NCBI GenBank assembly: GCA_019308925.1
Contig: JAFDHG010000003.1
Location: 3,367-67,366 of the forward strand
Reading direction: 5' to 3'
Length of the DNA stretch: 64,000 bases
From: Deltaproteobacteria bacterium
Lineage (GTDB): Bacteria > Desulfobacterota > B13-G15 > RBG-16-54-18
The notes beneath the pieces were generated by a model that was given only the letters and a program-made list of their open reading frames with translations, did no database searches and had not been told where the DNA came from. The position numbers and the translations under genes are program-made. Positions 1 through 9,460 of the stretch are shown here, piece after piece. Within the stretch, counting starts at the first letter, position 1, and each line of letters opens with the position of its first letter.

Positions 1-41
1 GGACAAGAGCAGGAAGAAGAGGGGATATAAGGCCTTTTCTC

Positions 42-881
42 TCAACTTTGCACCTTTTGTGCGATGGTCGTCTTGCTCACCCCAGGCAACAAGATCTTTC
101 CCCAAGATAATTGATGGAGGACCTCCGCCACGTTGCCGAAGAGGAGCCCTGCCAATCTACCTGCCACATTTGGGGGGTTAGTGAAGCCCCCGACGAAGGT
201 CTTTATCTTTTTAAACCCCGCCTCTTCCAAGGCCCTGCGCATGGTCCTGGGGGAGAAGTCGCTGAGATGGAAAGGGAGGTGGTAAAGTTGGTCCTTTATT
301 CTCAAAAGGGAGAGGATATCTTTTATGGGGGTGGTGTGGGGGTAGCGCAGTAAGATCATCCCCCCAGGCCGCAATATCCTGTAGACCTCTGTGAGGAAGG
401 CCAGGGGATCGGGGAGATGCTCTATCACGTAAAAGGCAGTGACCACGTCAAACTCCCCCTCCCGAAAAGAGGTCTTCTCCCAAGGTATAGGAAGGATAGA
501 CAGCCCAAACCTTTCCCGGCCATATCGCACCCCTGATGGGGAGACCTCCACTCCCTTGACCTTCCACCCCCTGGCCTGCATCAAGGCGAGGAAGAAGCCA
601 TATCCCGCCCCCACATCCAGGATCCTCCCCCGGGGGATGTATCGCTCGATGAGGTCTGCCCCTTTTCTGAAGACTGGCTCCATCATCCTTTCCCAGGCCT
701 CAATTTCGCCTTCTCCCTCGGGGAGGTAGGTTTGATAGGCCTCCCATAATTCTTGTGGTGAGGGGCGGGGATTTTGATAGACAAAACCACACGCAGGACA
801 ACGGAACATGGCATAATCACCCTCTTGGTGGAGTCTCTTTCCTCCGTCAGCACCGCAGAGGGGACAGGAGATCCACTCCAC
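42..881 (-). CDS. class I SAM-dependent methyltransferase with N-terminal Cys4 Zn-ribbon
   Basis: CPLC...CPAC N-terminus; ILDVGAGYG motif I; VIEHLPDP and LRPGG motifs; GTG start after AGGAG. Confidence 0.85.
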   Translation of the reverse strand: MEWISCPLCGADGGKRLHQEGDYAMFRCPACGFVYQNPRPSPQELWEAYQTYLPEGEGEIEAWERMMEPVFRKGADLIERYIPRGRILDVGAGYGFFLALMQARGWKVKGVEVSPSGVRYGRERFGLSILPIPWEKTSFREGEFDVVTAFYVIEHLPDPLAFLTEVYRILRPGGMILLRYPHTTPIKDILSLLRIKDQLYHLPFHLSDFSPRTMRRALEEAGFKKIKTFVGGFTNPPNVAGRLAGLLFGNVAEVLHQLSWGKILLPGVSKTTIAQKVQS

Positions 882-1078
882 CCCCTATCTCCTTTTGACC
901 AAAAAGGCCTCCATATCCCATAGGAGGGCCCACACCACCTTCTCGAAGGACCTGCCCGCCGCTGCATGTCCGTAGTGATTTCTTAAAGTACCCACCTTCC
1001 TGGAGGTCACCCCCTTGTAGTTCTTCTTCAGGTAGACCCTCTTGCCCCCTGGATACAAGTGTGGCGTGCGATTGAAGG

Positions 1079-1621
1079 TTACTTCCCGATCTTATATCGG
1101 TAGACGAGCTTGGCTGCTGCCTCGGCGTTTCTCTCCATGGCGTAATCCACTGTATCTTCTCTATAATGAGCGCCAGTCCTCAGATCGGTCTCATAGATGA
1201 CCTCCCCGCTATCCCTATCGATGAACTTATAGTGGGCGGCAAAGGCGGCTGTCGAGGTGTACTCCCCTCCGGGGATGAAGGAGCGCCTTATACGCCTCCC
1301 CACACTAGGTCTGGTATACTCCTTTACCTCTCCCTTGATGAGAAGGGTCTTCTTACCTGCGGGGATCTCCTTAACCCCCTCCTTGACCACTATCTCAAAG
1401 AGACCGAATTTCTGAGAATACCTGCGGAGCTGGTAGACCACCTTCTCGGCGATCCGAGGACCTGCATAATCAGGGGCAGGAATGTTGAGGGGGACCTCAA
1501 ACTCCTGGACCACCGCTGCGTTATAATCCTTGAAAAAAAGCTCTGCCCCTACGGCCATGTTGCTGGCCCCAAAGACCATGGCCAATACCAAAAAGATGCC
1601 CAAAAACCTGTTGATCTTCAT
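1079..1621 (-). CDS. exported hypothetical protein (DUF4410-like)
   Basis: Sec signal MKINRFLGIFLVLAMVFGASNMAVG; AGGAGG RBS; family assignment is tentative. Confidence 0.6.
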   Translation of the reverse strand: MKINRFLGIFLVLAMVFGASNMAVGAELFFKDYNAAVVQEFEVPLNIPAPDYAGPRIAEKVVYQLRRYSQKFGLFEIVVKEGVKEIPAGKKTLLIKGEVKEYTRPSVGRRIRRSFIPGGEYTSTAAFAAHYKFIDRDSGEVIYETDLRTGAHYREDTVDYAMERNAEAAAKLVYRYKIGK

Positions 1622-1702
1622 ACCTTTTCCTCCTTTTTGCTTTTTATTTTTGCCTATTACTTTTTCCCCACCTTATAGAGATAGACGATCTTGGCGATAA
1701 GT

Positions 1703-2371
1703 TCAATACGACTCAATCCACATCTCAATGGCCTGGGGGTATATCCTCCAGGCCTGCAGGGCCGAGCGCCGCAATAGTCTATTGCACTCCTCCAGGGTGA
1801 AGGAGGCCTTGAGCGAGTTCCAAAGCCCGTCTCTTGCCTTCTCCTCCCTGATCATGAGACGCCACAGGAGGTCAAAAAAGATGGCCAGGGACTTAGGGGC
1901 ATCCCGGCGAAGGTCCACCATAACAAACCTTCCCCCCTCTTTCAAGACCCTAGCGACCTCGTTGAAGAAGGGGAGGGGGTCTTCCAGGTGGTGAAGGGTA
2001 TTCACACAGATTACCAGATCTATTGTCTTATCCTTCAGCGGAAGGGCATAGGCGGAGCCTAACTGAAAGTGTACCCGATCTTCTAGGCCTATCTCCTTGG
2101 CATTTGCCTGGGCCACTTTGACCATGGCCGGTGAGAGGTCAATGGCCAGAAACTCTATCTCAGGCAGGGATCTGGCGATCCATAGGGGAAAGACCCCCGG
2201 GCCTGTGCCCACATCCAGGGCGAGACCCCTCTCTACCCCCCGGGCCCTGATCCTGGAAAGGACCCTCTTGACCGGGAACCCCATATACCTCTTGGCCATA
2301 CGGCTGTAATAATCCGTCAGGGACTCATCTTCCAATGGGCTGGCCTCAGGTATCCTCTTTTCGGAGATCAT
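1703..2371 (-). CDS. class I SAM-dependent methyltransferase (UbiE/Methyltransf_11-like)
   Basis: ALDVGTGPG motif I, GSAYALP, LHHLEDP, VLKEGG. Confidence 0.85.
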   Translation of the reverse strand: MISEKRIPEASPLEDESLTDYYSRMAKRYMGFPVKRVLSRIRARGVERGLALDVGTGPGVFPLWIARSLPEIEFLAIDLSPAMVKVAQANAKEIGLEDRVHFQLGSAYALPLKDKTIDLVICVNTLHHLEDPLPFFNEVARVLKEGGRFVMVDLRRDAPKSLAIFFDLLWRLMIREEKARDGLWNSLKASFTLEECNRLLRRSALQAWRIYPQAIEMWIESY

Positions 2372-2790
2372 CTTGTCCCTTCTGCCAAGACCAATACCCC
2401 CTGAGCCACCGTCTCCCCTTCTGCCTCGGCCCTTACCCGTACCTTGGCCATCCCACTGAAACGGAACTCCACCTCGGCACAGAGCTTGAGCCGGCCCCCA
2501 GGCCTTAACGCCTTCTCAAATTTCATCTCCTCTACCTTTACCAAGACCCCGGTTCCTCCTTCCCTTGTGCTCAGCAGGGCGATCCCTCCTGTCTGGGCCA
2601 AGGCCTCCAAGATGAGGCCCTCGGGTATGCAGGGGTCCCGGGGATAGTGACCTGAGAGGAAGAAGTCGTCAAAGCTCACCACTTTTATCGCTATAGCCCT
2701 GCGGCCGGGCTCCAGCTCAATCACCCGGTCGATCATGAGGAAGGGGTAGCAGTGGGGCAGACCTTTTTTCACATCTTGATCTGCTTTCAC
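2368..2790 (-). CDS. fabZ: 3-hydroxyacyl-ACP dehydratase, FabZ family
   Basis: LPHCYPFLMIDRV and GHYP...PEGLILEALAQ hot-dog motifs. Confidence 0.85.
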   Translation of the reverse strand: MKADQDVKKGLPHCYPFLMIDRVIELEPGRRAIAIKVVSFDDFFLSGHYPRDPCIPEGLILEALAQTGGIALLSTREGGTGVLVKVEEMKFEKALRPGGRLKLCAEVEFRFSGMAKVRVRAEAEGETVAQGVLVLAEGTR

Positions 2791-2794
2791 CTCT

Positions 2795-3280
2795 TTATCC
2801 TCCCTTCAGGACCCACCATATCCCTATCGCCCCCTTCATCAACCCCACGGTCAGGGAGATACCCAGCAATGATCCGATCACCAGGAGGGTTGCCCCCTTG
2901 ATTCTCCCCTTGCCCAGAAGATAGGCGACCACAGTGGCCGAGAGCACCCCAAAACCCCTGATGGGGAGGGCGCACAGCAGCACGATCCCCACATCCCCCA
3001 GAGAGGAGACCCTCTGGACGAGCTTCTTGCGTTGCCAAGCCTCTGAGGCCCTTTTTATCCTCGTTTTCACCCACCTCAAAAGGGGGATGCGGGAGGAACG
3101 CTCCAAGAGGAAACCGTATACAGGGATCTGGATGAAGTCGTATCCCCAGGCCAGGGGGAGATAGAGATGGAGAGGGAGGTGGTTGATAATGGCATAGACC
3201 ACAGAGGCGGTCCTCCCAATGGTAAAGTGTAGCAGGGTGAAGATCAAAAAGGCGCTCTCCGGCGACCTAAAGAACTCCAT
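2795..3280 (-). CDS. small multi-pass membrane protein (small multidrug export-like)
   Basis: About 4 hydrophobic segments with ALPIRGFG; start set at the ATG at 3280, which overlaps the end of the upstream KS. Confidence 0.55.
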   Translation of the reverse strand: MEFFRSPESAFLIFTLLHFTIGRTASVVYAIINHLPLHLYLPLAWGYDFIQIPVYGFLLERSSRIPLLRWVKTRIKRASEAWQRKKLVQRVSSLGDVGIVLLCALPIRGFGVLSATVVAYLLGKGRIKGATLLVIGSLLGISLTVGLMKGAIGIWWVLKGG

Positions 3281-4478
3281 CGTCACTCCCCAGGAGGATG
3301 GATATATATGTCCCATCCAGAGAGATCCCGGTGTGCAAGATTGTCCTGACCAGGGTCTTTTGAATAGCCTTCACGACCATTAGACCACATTTTGGATCGG
3401 GATATTCATAAGTTATGGTGGGGGGGATGACCCCCCTGTCCATAATCAGAAGGTCCGCCACCATCCTTATCCCCCCTGAGGCGATTCCCTCCCCCACCAT
3501 CGACTTGATGGAGCTGAGGGGGATATTGAGATAGCGGTTGGGAATGGCGAGCCTTATCCCCTCGGCCTCTACGGCATCCACTTTTGGTGAGGAGTTCCCC
3601 GCGCCATCGATGAAATCGACTGTTTTCACCCCTCCTCTTTTCAGGGCACCAGATATGGAGCGAGCCACCTTTTCACCCGGACCCAGCGTCCCGGCCGTTG
3701 CGGCGAAGCCCAGGATCTGCCCGTAGATCCGCGCCCTCCTCCGCAGCGCATCTTCCCTCCTCTCCAAGACCAGGATCCCGGCCCCTTCTCCAGGGATAAA
3801 TCCGTTTCTCTTTAGGTCATAGGGGGCGCTCCTTTCACCTTCGCCCTCATCCCAGGCCGTCAGGTGCAGTTCGTTCCACCCCCGGTATAAGATGGGGCTC
3901 AGTTCGTCTATCCCCCCTGTCAAGATGGCATCGGCCCTCTTGGTGATCAACTGTTGGTAGCCGAAGACAAAGGCCGCCTCTGCGGTGCAGAAGGACTGGA
4001 CCACGGTACTGTTGGGCCCCTTTATCCCCAGCTCGATGGAGGCATTGCTGGCCGCCGCATTAGGGACGGTATTGGGAAAGAGGATAGGGTTGAGATCCCC
4101 AGATCCCCTCAGCACCTGCCCCCGATGGAAGGCCTCAGAGTTGGCCAGGCCGCAGAAGCCAGAGCCGAGGATAATACCGACCCTCTCCGCGGGGATGTCC
4201 TCCCCGATCTTGAGACCGGCGTCCTCCAGGGCCATCCTGGAAGAGGCGATGGCAAATTGGCTGGCCCTGTCCAGTCTCCTGACCTTTATCGAGGGGATAA
4301 ACGCCTTGGGATCAAACCCCTTCACCAACCCACCTTTTTTCGATCTAAAGGGGGTGGTGTCAAACTCTACGATCTCCTTTATCCCGTTCCTCCCCTGCGT
4401 CAATCCCCTCCAGAGCTCCTTCTTCCCCACGCCCAAGGGACTTATTGCCCCCAGTCCTGTTATCACCACCTCTCCCAT
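3267..4478 (-). CDS. beta-ketoacyl synthase homolog lacking the catalytic triad (chain-length-factor-like)
   Basis: VVITGLGAISPLG, PYDLKRNGFIPGEGAG and SSIKSMVG motifs; TAC replaced by QSF, NAHGTGT by DGAGNSS, GH by GE. Confidence 0.85.
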   Translation of the reverse strand: MGEVVITGLGAISPLGVGKKELWRGLTQGRNGIKEIVEFDTTPFRSKKGGLVKGFDPKAFIPSIKVRRLDRASQFAIASSRMALEDAGLKIGEDIPAERVGIILGSGFCGLANSEAFHRGQVLRGSGDLNPILFPNTVPNAAASNASIELGIKGPNSTVVQSFCTAEAAFVFGYQQLITKRADAILTGGIDELSPILYRGWNELHLTAWDEGEGERSAPYDLKRNGFIPGEGAGILVLERREDALRRRARIYGQILGFAATAGTLGPGEKVARSISGALKRGGVKTVDFIDGAGNSSPKVDAVEAEGIRLAIPNRYLNIPLSSIKSMVGEGIASGGIRMVADLLIMDRGVIPPTITYEYPDPKCGLMVVKAIQKTLVRTILHTGISLDGTYISILLGSDDGVL

Positions 4479-4483
4479 AAGGT

Positions 4484-5701
4484 CTATAGGTCCTCCTTTG
4501 CGAAGATCAGTGCCGTGCAGTTGCCACCGAAGGCAAAGGAGTTGGACAGGACGATCTCCGTCTTCTCTTTCCTGGCCAGAGGGACATAATCGAGATCGCA
4601 GATCTCGTCCCCCCGCTCAAATCCGGCGGTGGGGGGGAGAAAGTGGTGATGGATGGCCAACAGTGAGGCCACCGCCTCCATCCCTCCTGCGGCCCCCAGA
4701 CAGTGTCCGATCATAGATTTGGTGGAGCTGACAGGGATTTGATACGCCTCCTGTCCCCATACCTCCTTTATGGCCAGGGTCTCCACTCGGTCGTTGAGGA
4801 TGGTCCCGGTGCCATGGGCGTTGATGTAATCGACCTCTTTTGCCTCAATCCCGGCATCCTGCAGGGCCTCTTTCATGATCCTCGCCTCCTCCCTCCCCGT
4901 CTCCTCTGGCGCGGTGATGTGGAAGGCCTCTCCTCCAATGGAGTAGCCCAGGAGCTCCCCGTATATCTTTGCCCCTCTCCCCAAGGCCCTCTCCCTATTC
5001 TCCAGGATCAGTATCGCTGCCCCCTCCCCCAGGGAAAGCCCTTGTCGGCGGGTGTCAAAGGGGCGACATGGTAAGGAAGCCATGACCTTCAATGAGCAGA
5101 ACCCGCCGAAGGTAAGCTCACTTAAGGCCTCCCCCCCACCGCAGACCATCACCTCGGCCTCCCCCAATCTGATGAGTTCGGCCCCGTAGGCGATGGAGGT
5201 GGCAGAGGAGCTGCAGGCGGTGGTGATGGTCGCCTTGGGGCCTTGAAGCTCGTACCTTTCAGCCAATTGATCAGTGGCATAGCTGGGGATGAAGGGAACA
5301 AGGAGAGATGGCCTGGGCCTTGCTCCTGCTAAGAGTTGACGGTGGTACACCTCAGCTGAGTGCATACCCCCTGCACCTGCCCCGAGGCAGACCCCTATCA
5401 TCTCCCTATCGCCTGGTCCGGGCCTCAGCTCGGCATCGGCGAGGGCCTCTTGGGCAGCGATCAGGACGAACTGATCTGCCCGGGAAAGGCGGCGTAGCTC
5501 CCTTTTGTCAAAAGACCCCAGGGGGTCGTATCTCTCGATCTGCGCCGCCACCTGCGAAGGGTACCCGGATATATCGAAGAGGGTGATCTTCCTGATCCCC
5601 CCTTTCCCCTCCCACAGGGAGGCCATAAACTCCCCTAAATTCCCCCCTGTGGCGCAGATGATCCCCATCCCTGTGATGACCACGCGCTTTTTACCCTTCA
5701 T
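4484..5701 (-). CDS. fabF: beta-ketoacyl-ACP synthase II family
   Basis: Intact TACSSS, NAHGTGT, KSMIGH and NSFAFGG motifs; start MKGKKRVVITG. Confidence 0.9.
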   Translation of the reverse strand: MKGKKRVVITGMGIICATGGNLGEFMASLWEGKGGIRKITLFDISGYPSQVAAQIERYDPLGSFDKRELRRLSRADQFVLIAAQEALADAELRPGPGDREMIGVCLGAGAGGMHSAEVYHRQLLAGARPRPSLLVPFIPSYATDQLAERYELQGPKATITTACSSSATSIAYGAELIRLGEAEVMVCGGGEALSELTFGGFCSLKVMASLPCRPFDTRRQGLSLGEGAAILILENRERALGRGAKIYGELLGYSIGGEAFHITAPEETGREEARIMKEALQDAGIEAKEVDYINAHGTGTILNDRVETLAIKEVWGQEAYQIPVSSTKSMIGHCLGAAGGMEAVASLLAIHHHFLPPTAGFERGDEICDLDYVPLARKEKTEIVLSNSFAFGGNCTALIFAKEDL

Positions 5702-6674
5702 TTTCCTTTCTCTGGGCAATCAGGTCCAAGAAGGCCTCCATGCGTGTCTTCATCCCCTCCAAGGTGGTGTGTTCGTCGAAGGTAAGGGTCATGAAGGGGA
5801 TATTCCCCCTCCTGTTCGTCCCCACCATCCTTTTGAGAAACTCTTGCATCAGGGCATCTATGCCGCACTTAAAGGAGGTGACAAAGACAATGCCGTCGAC
5901 ACCCCCCTGTTCGGCGAAGTAGAGGATGCTCCCCACTACCTCCCTCGCAGTCTCCCAGTAGATCTCCTTGGATAGCAAGGAGACCCTCCGCTCCCTTTCT
6001 TTAAGGGGTATTATATCAGAGGTCACTATCTTTGTCCCCCATCCCTTGGCCAGGGTGAGGAGGTCTTTGTTGATGAAGGGGTCAAAGAGGTTATAGGGAC
6101 GGCCGATGAAGGCTACCTTAAATTGGTAGTCCCTTTCCTCTGCCGAAGGGGTAGGGAGCGCTGGATCAAAGATCTCCTCTGTCCGCATGGTGTTTATCCT
6201 TTCAGTCAGCTCCCTGCTAAATATCCGGTAGCGCTCCTGTCCCATCTGGTATGCCTGACGCACTTTTTGGGGGTCTATTACCGTTCGTTTCGCCATGTCG
6301 AGGAAGAAGTTGTGCAGTCCCTTTCTCCCCTGGCGCAGGTCTATCACCCCATCCCAGATCTCCAGCTTCCCCTTCAAGGCCAATCTCAGCACATCGGGTG
6401 CCCCTCGGAACTTGGGGCAGAGGATATGGCGGCCCTCCAGACTGATCAAGCGGGGCAGGAAGATGGCATCCACCTTCCCCACCAGGCTTTGGGAGTGGGG
6501 GATCAACAACTTTAAGGGGAGGCAACTATCCTCGTAGTAGGGGATACCTTTTCGCAAGATGTGGTAGACCTCCTCATCGGAGGTCATCACCTCCATCCCC
6601 AATTCCTGCAGGAAGGTCCTCCAGAGGGGGAAAAGCTTGTAATACATCAAGGCCTTGGGGATACCGATGCGCAT
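5691..6674 (-). CDS. acyl-CoA dehydratase activase-related protein (DUF2229/HgdB-like)
   Basis: MRIGIPKAL start, CLPLK, CPKF, GRPYN, FKCGID and DEHT...TRMEAFLD motifs. Confidence 0.75.
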   Translation of the reverse strand: MRIGIPKALMYYKLFPLWRTFLQELGMEVMTSDEEVYHILRKGIPYYEDSCLPLKLLIPHSQSLVGKVDAIFLPRLISLEGRHILCPKFRGAPDVLRLALKGKLEIWDGVIDLRQGRKGLHNFFLDMAKRTVIDPQKVRQAYQMGQERYRIFSRELTERINTMRTEEIFDPALPTPSAEERDYQFKVAFIGRPYNLFDPFINKDLLTLAKGWGTKIVTSDIIPLKERERRVSLLSKEIYWETAREVVGSILYFAEQGGVDGIVFVTSFKCGIDALMQEFLKRMVGTNRRGNIPFMTLTFDEHTTLEGMKTRMEAFLDLIAQRKENEG

Positions 6675-6822
6675 GAGCAAAAATCCTTTCCTTTTATCGT
6701 CGGCAATTTCAAAAGATATCATCGAATGGAGTAGAAGGCAAGCTGGCCAAGAGAAAAGGAGATGTTGACAATCTCTGCTGAGGGGTGCTAATTAAAGGGG
6801 CAGCGAGGAGGCCTTTACCTTT

Positions 6823-7947
6823 ATGTCCCTTTATTCCCATCCTACTATAGCGGAAATAGACTTGGGGGCCCTGGCCTATAATTATCGTCAGTTGCGCCAG
6901 CTTGTCCCCCCTTCGGTCAAGTTCTTGGCGGTGGTGAAGGCCGATGCCTATGGTCATGGGGCGGTCCCCATATCCAAGAGGTTGGAGGAGTTGGGGGCGG
7001 ACCTCCTGGGGGTGGCCACGGTGGAGGAGGGGGTGGAGATGAGGGAGGGGGGGGTCCGCAAACCGATCCTCATCCTGAGCGGCATATATCAGGAGGAGAT
7101 AAAAGAGGTATTGAGATATCGGCTTACCCCCGTGGTCTATCGTCTGGAGATTGCTGAGGAACTCTGTGCCGAGGCGAGCAAGATGGGCAAAAGGGTCCCC
7201 GTCCATATAAAGGTGGACACAGGGATGGGGAGGATAGGTGTCCTCTACGAGGAGGCCCCTGCCTTTTTGAACCATTTGCGGAGCTTAGAGAACATAGAGA
7301 TAGAGGGGGTTGCCTCCCATCTCTCTACGGCCGATGAGGAAGATCCCTCCTTCGCCGAAGAACAACTGAGGAGGTTTTCTTGGACTATAGAGGAGATAAA
7401 AGGGATAGGGATGACCCCGACATTATGCCATATCGCCAACAGCGCTGCCCTATTCAGCCTCCCTGCTGCCCATCTAAACTTGGTGCGGCCTGGGATCATG
7501 CTCTATGGCTCCTATCCTTCACCCTCCTTTAAGGACAAGGTCACCCTGCAGCCGGTGATGTCATGGAAGAGCCGGGTGGCAGACCTAAAGGAGGTCCCCG
7601 AGGGCTTTCCCATAAGCTATGGGCGGACCTTTTTCACCCGGCGCCCCAGCTTCATCGCCGCCATCCCCGTCGGGTATGCCGATGGTTACAGCCGCCTCTT
7701 TTCCAATCGAGGGGAAGTCTTGATAAAGGGCAGAAGGGTGCCGGTGGTGGGGAGGGTCTGTATGGATTGGACCATGGTGGATGTGACAGATGTCCCCGGG
7801 GTTGAGGTGGGTGAGGAGGTGGTGTTGATGGGGAGGCAATTGGATCAGGAGATCACCCCTGAGGAGTTGGGGGAGCGGATCGGGACCATCCCCTATGAGA
7901 TCCTCTGCTCAGTGGGCAAAAGGGTCCCGCGCATCTATAAGGGGTAG
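6823..7947 (+). CDS. alr: alanine racemase
   Basis: AVVKADAYGHG PLP-lysine motif, KVDTGMGRIG, GYADG, GRVCMD. Confidence 0.97.
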   Translation: MSLYSHPTIAEIDLGALAYNYRQLRQLVPPSVKFLAVVKADAYGHGAVPISKRLEELGADLLGVATVEEGVEMREGGVRKPILILSGIYQEEIKEVLRYRLTPVVYRLEIAEELCAEASKMGKRVPVHIKVDTGMGRIGVLYEEAPAFLNHLRSLENIEIEGVASHLSTADEEDPSFAEEQLRRFSWTIEEIKGIGMTPTLCHIANSAALFSLPAAHLNLVRPGIMLYGSYPSPSFKDKVTLQPVMSWKSRVADLKEVPEGFPISYGRTFFTRRPSFIAAIPVGYADGYSRLFSNRGEVLIKGRRVPVVGRVCMDWTMVDVTDVPGVEVGEEVVLMGRQLDQEITPEELGERIGTIPYEILCSVGKRVPRIYKG

Positions 7948-7950
7948 CCT

Positions 7951-8721
7951 ATGTGGAAGGCCGTAAATACCGTGGGAGAAGGGGCAGCCGGGTACCTCAA
8001 GGAGATGGGCAGGATATTTCTCCTCCTTCTGGATACTGCCCGTTGGTCCCTTTATCCCCCCTTCAGGTTTGATCTGCTCTTTCAACAGATGGAGAGGGTG
8101 GGGGTGAGGTCGGTCTTGGTGGTGGTCCTCACCGGGGCCTTTACTGGCATGGTCTTGGCCCTGCAGACCTTTTACGCCACCAGGAAGTTTGGGGCGGAGA
8201 CCATGGTGGGCGTCACCGTGGCCTTAGGTATGGCCAGGGAGCTGGGGCCGGTCCTCACCAGCATCATGGTTACAGGCAGAGCAGGATCAGCCATGGCTGC
8301 GGAGATAGGGACCATGAGGGTCACCGAGCAGATAGATGCCCTCTTCGCCATGGCGGTAAACCCCATCAAGTACCTCATCGTTCCCAGGGTGTTGGCCAGC
8401 ATCTTAGTGGTACCCATTTTGACCATCATTGCCGACTTTGTAGGGATTGTGGGAGGGTATTTCGTAGGGGTGATCATCCTGAGGATCAACGCCGGGGCCT
8501 ATGTGGCCAACATGGAGAAGTATGTGGAGTTGACGGATATAAACAACGGCCTCATCAAGGCGGCGGTCTTTGGCCTCATCCTCTCCATCATCGGGTGTTA
8601 CAAGGGGTTCACCACCACTGGAGGTGCGGAAGGGGTAGGGAAGGCCACCACCCAGAGTGTGGTACTGGCGGCGGTAACCATATTGATGGCGGATTATCTC
8701 TTAACGGCGGCGCTGTTTTAG
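7951..8721 (+). CDS. mlaE: Mla/Mce ABC transporter permease
   Basis: RELGPVLT, AAEIGTMRVTEQIDAL, GAEGVGKATT. Confidence 0.95.
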   Translation: MWKAVNTVGEGAAGYLKEMGRIFLLLLDTARWSLYPPFRFDLLFQQMERVGVRSVLVVVLTGAFTGMVLALQTFYATRKFGAETMVGVTVALGMARELGPVLTSIMVTGRAGSAMAAEIGTMRVTEQIDALFAMAVNPIKYLIVPRVLASILVVPILTIIADFVGIVGGYFVGVIILRINAGAYVANMEKYVELTDINNGLIKAAVFGLILSIIGCYKGFTTTGGAEGVGKATTQSVVLAAVTILMADYLLTAALF

Positions 8722-9456
8722 ATGATCAAGATCAAGGGATTACATAAATCCTTTGGCGAGCAGAAGGTCTTAAACGGCGTGGACCTCCAGATCCCTAAAG
8801 GGCAGACAACGGTCATCGTGGGACGCAGTGGGGTAGGCAAGAGTGTCCTGCTGAAACACATCATTGGACTCCTCCGGCCCGATAAAGGGGAGGTCCGGGT
8901 AGAGGGGGTTGACATCGCCCGTTTGGGGGATAAAGATCTGAACGAGATGAGGAAGAAATTCGGGATGCTCTTTCAGGAGGCGGCCCTCTTTGATTCTATG
9001 ACCGTGGGGGCAAATGTGGCCTTTCCGCTACGTGAGCACACCAAGCTCAAGGAGGAGGATATCAGAAGGATTGTGACCCAAAAACTGGAGCAGGTAGGGC
9101 TCCCCGGTGTGGAGGAGAAGATGCCTGCTGAGCTCAGTGGGGGTATGAAGCGGAGGGTGGGCCTGGCCCGGGCCCTCACCTTGGACCCGGAGATCGTGCT
9201 CTTTGATGAGCCCACCACCGGCCTCGACCCCCCTATGGCCGAGGCCATTGAGGACCTCATCATAGAGACCCAGAGGAGGTTTGGGGAGACCTTTGTGGTC
9301 ATCACCCACGATATCCAGACCACCTTTCACATCGCCCACAAGATAGCTATGTTGCACGATGGCAGGATCGTAGAAGAAGGTCCCCTTGAGGCCTTCAGGA
9401 GGTCGTCGAACCCGGTGGTTCAGTCCTTCCTGGCGAGGGGGGAGAAAAGGAGGTGA
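8722..9456 (+). CDS. mlaF: Mla/Mce ABC transporter ATPase
   Basis: GRSGVGKS Walker A, LSGGMKRRV, DEPTTGLDP; position in operon. Confidence 0.93.
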   Translation: MIKIKGLHKSFGEQKVLNGVDLQIPKGQTTVIVGRSGVGKSVLLKHIIGLLRPDKGEVRVEGVDIARLGDKDLNEMRKKFGMLFQEAALFDSMTVGANVAFPLREHTKLKEEDIRRIVTQKLEQVGLPGVEEKMPAELSGGMKRRVGLARALTLDPEIVLFDEPTTGLDPPMAEAIEDLIIETQRRFGETFVVITHDIQTTFHIAHKIAMLHDGRIVEEGPLEAFRRSSNPVVQSFLARGEKRR

Positions 9457-9460
9457 GAGG

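Noticed and set aside
885..1058. 57-codon minus-strand ORF (LYPGGKRVYLKKNY...FLVKRR) filling the gap between two genes
   Set aside because: TTG start with no RBS and no recognisable motif; it may be a gene remnant but I cannot support a call
3954..4716. Long antisense ORFs here and at 9028-9834, 24167-25057, 44016-44966 and 56160-56960
   Set aside because: They lie opposite well-supported genes and have no motifs; this is expected shadow coding in GC-rich DNA
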